Assembly (NCBI GenBank): GCA_963763265.1
Contig: CAVXNN010000001.1
Coordinates: 184,949-248,948, forward strand
DNA from: an uncultured Actinomycetes bacterium
GTDB lineage: Bacteria; Actinomycetota; Thermoleophilia; Solirubrobacterales; 70-9
DNA length: 64,000 nucleotides
Direction: 5' to 3'
The notes beneath the pieces were generated by a model that saw only the letters and a program-made list of their open reading frames with translations, was not told the origin of the DNA and made no database searches. Below, piece after piece: positions 37,207 to 43,691 of this stretch (position 1 is the first letter of the stretch; every line of letters begins with the position of its first letter). The position numbers were made by a program, and so were the translations under genes.

Positions 37207-37434
37207 ATGCCACCCTCGAATACCACTCCGCCGAGCCTCGGCAAGGCGATTCGGCAGCTTCGCGAGCGGGGCGGCATGACCCAAGAAGGACTTGCGCATG
37301 CTGCCGGGTCGACCGCCGCCACGATCAGCGCCATCGAGCGGGGAGTCTCGAATCCAAGTTGGGGAACGGTCGAAGCGATCGCCGGAGCGCTCGGAGTGAC
37401 GATGGTCGAGGTTGCTCGACTTGCCTCGCGTTGA
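37207..37434 (+). CDS. XRE-family HTH regulator (divergent from the four-gene operon)
   Basis: 75 aa with LGKAIRQLRERGGMTQEGLAHAAGSTAATISAIERGVSNPSWGTVEAIAGALG. Confidence 0.75.
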   Translation: MPPSNTTPPSLGKAIRQLRERGGMTQEGLAHAAGSTAATISAIERGVSNPSWGTVEAIAGALGVTMVEVARLASR

Positions 37435-37734
37435 CAAAACCACCCAGCTCCTCGCTGAGGGCAGGACGGTCGCCGGAGATTCTCGACGTCCCATGGCGGT
37501 GTAGGCGCCGCCTGAAAACTGACCCCCCCTCGCCGGTCGAAAACTGGGGTCTTGCTGAAAGAACGGGGATGAGGCCCGGATAGAGACATCCGCCGCCCCC
37601 CGAGGCTCTGCGTAGTTCGAAGAACGCGGAGCAAGGAGAACAGCGGATGCACGATCAAGTTAGCCGCGGGCGGCGGCGAGGAGCCACTCCTCGCCGGGAA
37701 CCCGCAGCGCTTGTTGTAGCGAGCCACGGGATGA

Positions 37735-39024
37735 TCAGGTCCCTCGGCCGGCAAGGTCATGGGGCCAGTGCCAAGGCTCCGGCTCCTCCCTGATTTGCTC
37801 GAGAAAACGTCGCGACCTCCGCGGCACGACGCCACACTTCTTTAACCCGGCTTCGCCCAATCGAGCGAATACGGTTCGCGGGTAGTCCGTTCTCTTGCGT
37901 CGCAGACACTTCTCAAGGTGGTCCCGAAGGGCCCAATACCCCTCCTGGGCCCCTTCGGCCTCGACCGTATGTGGTTCGTAGCCAGCATGCACGACCAAGT
38001 TCCGGACCCGGTAGAGGCTCTCCCAGTACTTGTTGACCGGGGTGCCCTTCGCCTTCACATCCCAGCGTCCACCGAGCTTCTGCGGCATGGTGGTGATCAA
38101 CAGCGACTTGAACGACCGCTCTCGCCCGAGCTCAACCGAGATATCGGAAGAGCAGCGCCCCTCATCGACCAAGATCATGCGGTAGGTGTCGAAGAGCAGG
38201 CTCTCCGCCGCAATCTGGAAGCTGATGATTGCGTCGGAGGCATCCCCTTCTTGGCGGAGCGCACGTTGCGCCCTTAACCTCCAGAGTTTGGACCCCAGAT
38301 AGGGCTGGTTGGTCTCGACCGCATAGATCCCGTCCTGCAACTGCTTCTCGGTGATCGGACCATGTGAGGAGGGCAACTCATCCGGTTCGGCCTCGGGATG
38401 CATGAGCATCGTGTTCAGAAAGTCCCAGGACCCATCACGCCTGCGAACCCCTAGCACCACGACCGGCCGCAGATCGTGCGAGCTGACGGGCCGGATGCGG
38501 ACGTCTTGAGTTGCCGCTTGTACGGCCCGGAGAAAGATGTTGAAGGCCATGAGACAACGGTGGAACGCGAACGCCGGATCGTCCCACTGAAGCTCTCCCT
38601 TGGTGGGAGCGGATGGAGTCTCCAAGGTCACCCACTGGTGATGGGTAGCAAGCTCCCCCTCGCCATATCGATCCTCAGGGTTACCGATGAAGTCGTGACC
38701 ATAGAAGTGAGCAAGTGCAGCGTGGGTGCCCGGCGGCCACATCGGCAGTCCGTCTTCCTCGAACGTGAAGACCCTGATGTCGATGGTCGGGAGCGGCCCA
38801 AACAGATCTTCATCCGCCGGATCGGCGAACGAGTCGTGGATGGCGATGGTATGGCCGAGCTTGTCCGGGATGCCAAGAGGGAACGACAATGCGGCAGTAA
38901 AAGTGTAGATACCGGGCTCCCCCAACTCGTCGGCGAACTGATCGCTCGGATGCCACATAGCGGGAAGGATAGGCAGGGGACCGGGCAAGATCAGCATCCT
39001 TCTGGTCGGATCGCCAAACCGCAT
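37735..39024 (-). CDS. hypothetical protein with C-terminal HEPN-like domain (Rx4H)
   Basis: 429 aa. The C-terminal helical region is DASDAIISFQIAAESLLFDTY ... YWESLYRVRNLVVHAGYEP, with R341-x4-H346 encoded at 38004-37987. No motif was recognised in the N-terminal ~250 aa. Codon usage is A/T-richer than in the core genes. Confidence 0.6.
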   Translation of the reverse strand: MRFGDPTRRMLILPGPLPILPAMWHPSDQFADELGEPGIYTFTAALSFPLGIPDKLGHTIAIHDSFADPADEDLFGPLPTIDIRVFTFEEDGLPMWPPGTHAALAHFYGHDFIGNPEDRYGEGELATHHQWVTLETPSAPTKGELQWDDPAFAFHRCLMAFNIFLRAVQAATQDVRIRPVSSHDLRPVVVLGVRRRDGSWDFLNTMLMHPEAEPDELPSSHGPITEKQLQDGIYAVETNQPYLGSKLWRLRAQRALRQEGDASDAIISFQIAAESLLFDTYRMILVDEGRCSSDISVELGRERSFKSLLITTMPQKLGGRWDVKAKGTPVNKYWESLYRVRNLVVHAGYEPHTVEAEGAQEGYWALRDHLEKCLRRKRTDYPRTVFARLGEAGLKKCGVVPRRSRRFLEQIREEPEPWHWPHDLAGRGT

Positions 39025-39086
39025 AGGTTTTTGCCGGTCAAGTTCAATGTCTCGGGTTCGATGACGCCCGTAGGCGGGAGGAACGC

Positions 39087-39845
39087 GTGAACTGCATGAA
39101 CGTTCTGCTGGCCGGAGCCCGCGTGGGCGATGCGGGCATCTCAGTGACCGAAGTCGTGACGCTTTTGGTGGCCTTGGCGGCGCTCGTTGTCGCCTTGACC
39201 TCGCTTTGGATCACCGCCCTCCGCCCCGCTCGGTTCAACCTGACCTTCATGCGCGAGCACACGAAGATAGGCACCAGCGGCAAGAACGAAGTGCCCAATA
39301 TCTGCTCCATCCGGGCGTTCATGGCCCTGACGAATTCGGGTGCAAGGGCGGGACTCCTGGAGCGAGTGGGCTGGGGTAGCCACTTCAAGGTGGAGGCCGA
39401 GGCAGCACTGATGTTCGCGGTCGGTCCCGTGCCCCCGGAGAATGGGACCCATGAGGAGATGGTACGGCTCGACGGCAAGGTGCTGAACTGGCCGATCACG
39501 ATCCAGGCGGGAGACGTGCGGGCGCTGGAACTCGACTTCGAGATGGGCGGCGAGCTCCGGCGAGCCAGAGACGGGGCGCGGAAGGACTTGAAGCCGATCG
39601 CTGAGCTGGTGGCGAAGCTTGAGCGCGTCTCGATCGATGTCCACCTGATCTACCGATCGGGCAGTGCATCGCCTCGTTGGCTCGGCTACTTCTTCCGTCA
39701 GCGGACGGAGATCGGCAACTTCTATATCTACGGCGCAGAACTTAGGCGGACGGCGTCGGGGTATTGGTCGAGCATCGGTCGTGAGGACCTAGCCAAGATC
39801 GTCGACGATAGTTTCACCGGTCGTGACATCGACAAGATGTTTTAG
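39087..39845 (+). CDS. hypothetical single-pass membrane protein
   Basis: 252 aa. The GTG at 39087 lies 5 nt after GGGAGGAA; an alternative ATG is at 39096. One TM helix (VVTLLVALAALVVALTSLWITAL) and no recognised domain. It is divergent from the HEPN-like gene across 62 bp. Confidence 0.55.
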   Translation: MNCMNVLLAGARVGDAGISVTEVVTLLVALAALVVALTSLWITALRPARFNLTFMREHTKIGTSGKNEVPNICSIRAFMALTNSGARAGLLERVGWGSHFKVEAEAALMFAVGPVPPENGTHEEMVRLDGKVLNWPITIQAGDVRALELDFEMGGELRRARDGARKDLKPIAELVAKLERVSIDVHLIYRSGSASPRWLGYFFRQRTEIGNFYIYGAELRRTASGYWSSIGREDLAKIVDDSFTGRDIDKMF

Positions 39846-40014
39846 GCGAGGGACCACGAGACAGCGACGAAATGGGAGACCGACGGTCGATGGATGTCCT
39901 CACGCGCGTCTCTCGATCGGCCGGGTCTGAAGAATCCCACTGATCTGAGTCGTCCGTCTCGTCGCGAATGACTGCCATCGGCGGCTCAAATTACGCCTCA
40001 CAACGGTCGGCTCC

Positions 40015-40047
40015 GGGCCTCTCGACGTAGGCAACGTCGAGAGGCCC
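40015..40047. terminator. strong hairpin (possible terminator) in a noncoding gap
   Basis: GGGCCTCTCGACGT-aggca-ACGTCGAGAGGCCC has a perfect 14-bp stem. There is no U-tract on either strand. Confidence 0.35.
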
Positions 40048-40338
40048 TGGAGTCGGCAGTACGATCGCCACATGGTCCGCGCTAACAGATCCGCCCAGTC
40101 CGAGGTAGAGCGACGGCGAAAATCTGCCGAACGGACTTGAGGAATGTTCGCCCACCTGCACCGGGCAGAAATCTCTCCGATGAGTTGGTCGCTGACCGAC
40201 GCGACCGAAGCAGAGGCCGAGGCGCAGGAGGCGGCTGAGGAAGCCCAGCGCTTGCATGACAGGCGCTGAATCGCGTCATCCGATCCTCGATGTCTCCGCC
40301 CTGCACAGGTAGGACTGGACTAGAAATCGAGCCACGCA

Positions 40339-40626
40339 ATGCCTAACGCGCGACTCATCCGCGATCCACAGGGAAGGGACGTCTTGCTGGACGTCGAGCG
40401 CTGGGGGCACATCGTCGACGGGCATCCGGAGTTGGGCCACATGCAGGAGGAGGTCCTGCGCGCCGTGGAATCGCCGACCGAGGTCATGGCGGGGCGAATG
40501 TCCGATGAAGAGTGGTTCTACCTGGAGGGAGCCGGTCCGAGTCGCTGGCTCAAGGTCGTCGTGGTCTTCGACCGGAAAGGCAGCGGGCGTATCATCACTG
40601 CATTCGGACGACGAAGGAAGCCATGA
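40339..40626 (+). CDS. small toxin-like protein, partner of the DUF2283 gene
   Basis: 95 aa with ERWGHIVDGHPELGHMQEEVL...WLKVVVVFDRKGSGRIITAFGRRRKP. The stop overlaps the next start as ATGA. The family assignment (DUF4258-like) is not certain. Confidence 0.55.
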   Translation: MPNARLIRDPQGRDVLLDVERWGHIVDGHPELGHMQEEVLRAVESPTEVMAGRMSDEEWFYLEGAGPSRWLKVVVVFDRKGSGRIITAFGRRRKP

Positions 40627-40898
40627 GCGTGACGATCGCCGACATCACCTTTGATCGCGTCGAGTACGACTCCGATGCGGACGTCCTCTACCTCCACGTC
40701 GGCGATCCCTCGACCGCGGTCGAATTCGACGAGACGCCCGAGGGTCATGCACTCCGCTTCGACGCCACGGGCAATCTCGTCGGCATCACGCTGGTCCGCC
40801 CCAAGCATCTCCTCGATGAGAGCGGCGGACTGCGCATCACCTTGCCGGTTCCGAGCGACGTTTCCGCTCGCGAGTTGACCCCGGCTCTGAGCGCATAG
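40623..40898 (+). CDS. DUF2283 domain protein (putative antitoxin)
   Basis: The ATG at 40623 lies within track ORF 40512..40898. The 91-aa YDSDADVLYLHVGDP...FDATGNLVGITL fits the DUF2283 pattern. Confidence 0.65.
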   Translation: MSVTIADITFDRVEYDSDADVLYLHVGDPSTAVEFDETPEGHALRFDATGNLVGITLVRPKHLLDESGGLRITLPVPSDVSARELTPALSA

Positions 40899-41029
40899 CG
40901 CGTATTTGCGGCCGTCGACTCGGCGGCGCGCTTCCCCGTATCTCTGCGCCCTGTTGCCCTGGGCGTTGCCCCAGCAGATGAGAGCCCGCCACCTTTGCAG
41001 ATGATTTGGCTCTGTGACGCCACTTCGCA

Positions 41030-41067
41030 AAGCCCGCCGCCGGGATCGAACCGGCAACCTCCTGATT
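41030..41067. repeat. proximal att site within tRNA-Thr (direct repeat copy 2)
   Basis: Identical 38 nt to 28642-28679. It covers the tRNA from anticodon-loop position 38 to the 3' end, plus 2 nt. Confidence 0.85.
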
Positions 41068-41105
41068 ACAAGTCAGGTGCTCTCCCAGGTTGAGCTAGGC
41101 GGGCG
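41032..41105 (-). tRNA. tRNA-Thr (anticodon UGU)
   Basis: Hand-folded cloverleaf: GCCCGCC TA GCTC AACCTGGGA GAGC A CCTGA CTTGTAA TCAGG AGGTT GCCGG TTCGATC CCGGC GGCGGGC T. It is 74 nt long and no CCA is encoded. Confidence 0.9.
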
Positions 41106-41126
41106 CAGTGCCGACAATGGGGCTAG

Positions 41127-42122
41127 ATGGATGTCACGTTCCGATTCCTCGCCCCGGATGAGGGTGGCGTCCTGACCGCGGCGATAGAAGCAGCTTACGG
41201 CACGACCTACGACGTCCGGTGGGTCTACGACCCGGCGGAGGTCGCCGCCCGGCTGGCCGACGGGCGCTACGTGTCGTGCGTGGCGGAGACGGTGGGCGGG
41301 GAGCTGCTCTGCCACGAGGGGATGAGCCTGGCGGCGGCGGGCGACGCGGTCGCCCACTCCGGGCAGGCGGTGACGCTGGAGGCGGCGCGCGGGCAGCACC
41401 TCTTCACGCGGACCAAGCAGGCGCTGATGGACTGGGGCCAGAAGCGGGGGCTGGCCGGCATGTACAGCGAGGCGACCGCCGCCCATCCCTACAGCCAGAA
41501 GGCCAATCTCGACCTCGGCGCCCACGAGACCGGCTTCCTGCTGGGCTGGATCCCGGCCTCGGTCGAGAACGACGCGGCGGGCACGGGGCGGCGGCGCAAC
41601 TCGGCGGCGCTCTTCTACACGAAGCTGAACGACGGCCACGATCGGCGGGTCTTCGCCCCCGAGCGCCACCACGAGATCGTCGGCCAGACCCTCGCCCTAT
41701 GCGAGCTGCGCGGCACGTTGGCACACCCGCCGGCGGACTTCGAGCTGCCGGCGCGGACCGAGATGCACGTCGAGGTCGACGCCGACCACAACCTGGCGCT
41801 GCTCACGGTGACCGTGCCGGGCGCCGATCTCGACACGGTCGTCCACGCCGAGCGCCGGCGTCTCTTCCACCGCGCGAGGCTCGACGCGGTCTACGTCGAC
41901 CTGCCGCTCGACACGCCGGCGACCGCCCTGGTCGCCGACCACCTCGAGCGGCTCGGCGTCTCCTACGCGGGGATCTTCCCCAATCACAGGGCCGACGGCG
42001 ACGTCCTGCGCATGCAGTCGCTGCACCGGGTCCGAGTCAAGGCCGACGACGTTGCCGTCGCCTCGGACCACGGGCGCGAACTGCTCGAGTACGTGCTGGC
42101 GGACCTGGAGCGGCGCGACTAG
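41127..42122 (+). CDS. GNAT-family N-acetyltransferase-like protein
   Basis: 331 aa. The N-terminal half has a GNAT-like core (GGELLCHEGMSL...GQAVTLEAARGQHLFTRTKQALMDWGQKRGLAGMYSEA). Confidence 0.55.
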   Translation: MDVTFRFLAPDEGGVLTAAIEAAYGTTYDVRWVYDPAEVAARLADGRYVSCVAETVGGELLCHEGMSLAAAGDAVAHSGQAVTLEAARGQHLFTRTKQALMDWGQKRGLAGMYSEATAAHPYSQKANLDLGAHETGFLLGWIPASVENDAAGTGRRRNSAALFYTKLNDGHDRRVFAPERHHEIVGQTLALCELRGTLAHPPADFELPARTEMHVEVDADHNLALLTVTVPGADLDTVVHAERRRLFHRARLDAVYVDLPLDTPATALVADHLERLGVSYAGIFPNHRADGDVLRMQSLHRVRVKADDVAVASDHGRELLEYVLADLERRD

Positions 42123-42136
42123 CGCCGGCGAGGCGG

Positions 42137-42844
42137 CTAGACGGCGACCTCCCGCGAGGCGAGGTGGGTGCCCACCTTGCGCTTCACCCGCTGCAGGGCG
42201 TTGTCGACGGTCTTCGTGTCGCACTCGAGGCGCTCGGCGACCTGCTCGTAGGAGTAGCCGTCGAGGTACAGCGAGAGCACCCGGCTCTCCAGGTCCGACA
42301 GCACCCCGGACACCCCGGAGAGGCAGGAGACGAGGCTCTCCAGCTCTTCGGTCGCGATCACCTGGTTGACCGGGTCGTGGACGCTCGGCCCGGGCAGGAT
42401 CTCGTCGAGGGTCGTGTCCGAGTCGCCGCTCGCGGCCGGGGTCTGGCTGAAGGAGACGTACTGGTTGAGCGGCGTGTGCTTGTTGCGGGTCGCGGTCTTC
42501 ACCGCGGTGATGATCTGGCGGGTGATGCAGAGCTCGGCGAAGTTGCGAAAGCTCGACTCGCGGTCGGAGCGGTAGTCGCGGATCGCCTTGTAGAGGCCGA
42601 GCAGGCCCTCCTGGATCAGATCTTCGGAGTCCCCGCCGAGCAGGAAGTACGAGGAGGCCTTGAGGCGCACGAAGCCGCGGTAGCGGCGGACGATCGTGTC
42701 GTAGGCATCGGTCCTGCCGTCCTTGGCCAAGGCGACCAGGTAGTGATCATCAAGCTCTACTTGAGGGTTAGCTCGGGTGGAATGCGCGTTTCCGCGCGCG
42801 GCCGCCGTGTGCCGCATTTCCTGCTTAGGCGTCGAAAGTGCCAC
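42137..42844 (-). CDS. sigH: SigH/Spo0H-type RNA polymerase sigma factor
   Basis: 235 aa. YRGFVRLKASSYFLLGGDSEDLIQEGLLGLYKAIRDY...FRNFAELCITRQIITAVKTATRNKHTPLN...LSDLESRVLSLYLDGYSYEQVAERL...VDNALQRVKRKV closely parallels Bacillus SigH. It sits downstream of cysS-rlmB as in Bacillus. Confidence 0.8.
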   Translation of the reverse strand: MALSTPKQEMRHTAAARGNAHSTRANPQVELDDHYLVALAKDGRTDAYDTIVRRYRGFVRLKASSYFLLGGDSEDLIQEGLLGLYKAIRDYRSDRESSFRNFAELCITRQIITAVKTATRNKHTPLNQYVSFSQTPAASGDSDTTLDEILPGPSVHDPVNQVIATEELESLVSCLSGVSGVLSDLESRVLSLYLDGYSYEQVAERLECDTKTVDNALQRVKRKVGTHLASREVAV

Positions 42845-42959
42845 AGATCCTTCTCCTTGCTGAAGGGTCGTGGCGCCACTTACCTCCCCCGAGGCGCCCT
42901 ACTTATCCGGTGGGCTCCTCCTCAGACTCAAGCTGAGGTTCACCCTTTATTGCGCGCCA

Positions 42960-42987
42960 GCTTTACGCATGCGCGGAGTTCTGTCAA
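42960..42987 (-). promoter_or_regulatory. candidate promoter for the sigH-like gene
   Basis: On the minus strand a perfect TTGACA (42987-42982) is followed by a 16-nt spacer and TAAAGC (42965-42960). The -10 element is weak. Confidence 0.25.
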
Positions 42988-43035
42988 CCCAATTTGCGAA
43001 TTTCTGCAACCGCCGTTGCATTTGCAGGAGTCCGC

Positions 43036-43689
43036 TCAGGAGCGCTGGCGGACCGACTCGAAGAGGACGGCGGTCGCGGCGGCGGAGACGTTCAGCGACT
43101 CGACCCGGCCGTGGCGGGGCAGGGACACGAGGCCGTCGCAGCTCGCGGCGACCCGCGGCCGAAGCCCCTTCCCCTCCCCGCCGAGCACGATCACGGTCGG
43201 GCCGGTGAGGTCGACGCCCCAGGGCGGCTGCGGCCCGCCGGCGTCCGCCCCCCAGATCCAGAAGCCCGCCTCCTTCGCTCTCGCCAGCCAGTCGGCGAGG
43301 TTGCGAACGTGGGCCACGTCGAGGTGCTCGACCGCGCCCGCCGAGGCCTTGCAGGCCACCGGCGTGACCCCCGCCGCCCGCCGCTCGGGGATCACCACCC
43401 CCGCCGCCCCGGCCGACTCGGCCGAGCGACAGACCGCGCCGAGGTTGCGCGGATCCTGCACCTGGTCGAGCGCCACGATCAGCGCGTCGTGCCGTCGCAG
43501 CATCGCCTCGGGGTCACCGTACGGATACGGATCGACCTCGGCGACGACGCCCTGGTGGTCGGGCGACCCGCACAGCCGCTCCAGCTCCGCCGCCGGCGTC
43601 TCCGGCGCCCGCCAGACCCCGTGCACCCGCCGCCGTCCTCGCTCGGCCTCCTGGACCGGCTGGACGCCGTAGACGAACTGGGACGCCAC
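43036..43689 (-). CDS. rlmB: SpoU/TrmH-family 23S rRNA 2'-O-methyltransferase
   Basis: 217 aa with SpoU motifs (LDQVQDPRNLGAVCRSAE, VIVLGGEGKGLR, ESLNVSAA). It lies immediately downstream of cysS. Confidence 0.8.
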   Translation of the reverse strand: MASQFVYGVQPVQEAERGRRRVHGVWRAPETPAAELERLCGSPDHQGVVAEVDPYPYGDPEAMLRRHDALIVALDQVQDPRNLGAVCRSAESAGAAGVVIPERRAAGVTPVACKASAGAVEHLDVAHVRNLADWLARAKEAGFWIWGADAGGPQPPWGVDLTGPTVIVLGGEGKGLRPRVAASCDGLVSLPRHGRVESLNVSAAATAVLFESVRQRS

Positions 43690-43691
43690 GA

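Larger units (their letters stand above)
28642..41067. mobile_element. integrative (probably mobilizable) element inserted in tRNA-Thr(UGU)
   Basis: Flanked by the exact 38-bp direct repeat. Contains a tyrosine integrase, an excisionase, a MobF relaxase, XRE regulators and A/T-richer cargo. No coupling protein, T4SS or replication gene was recognised. Confidence 0.8.
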
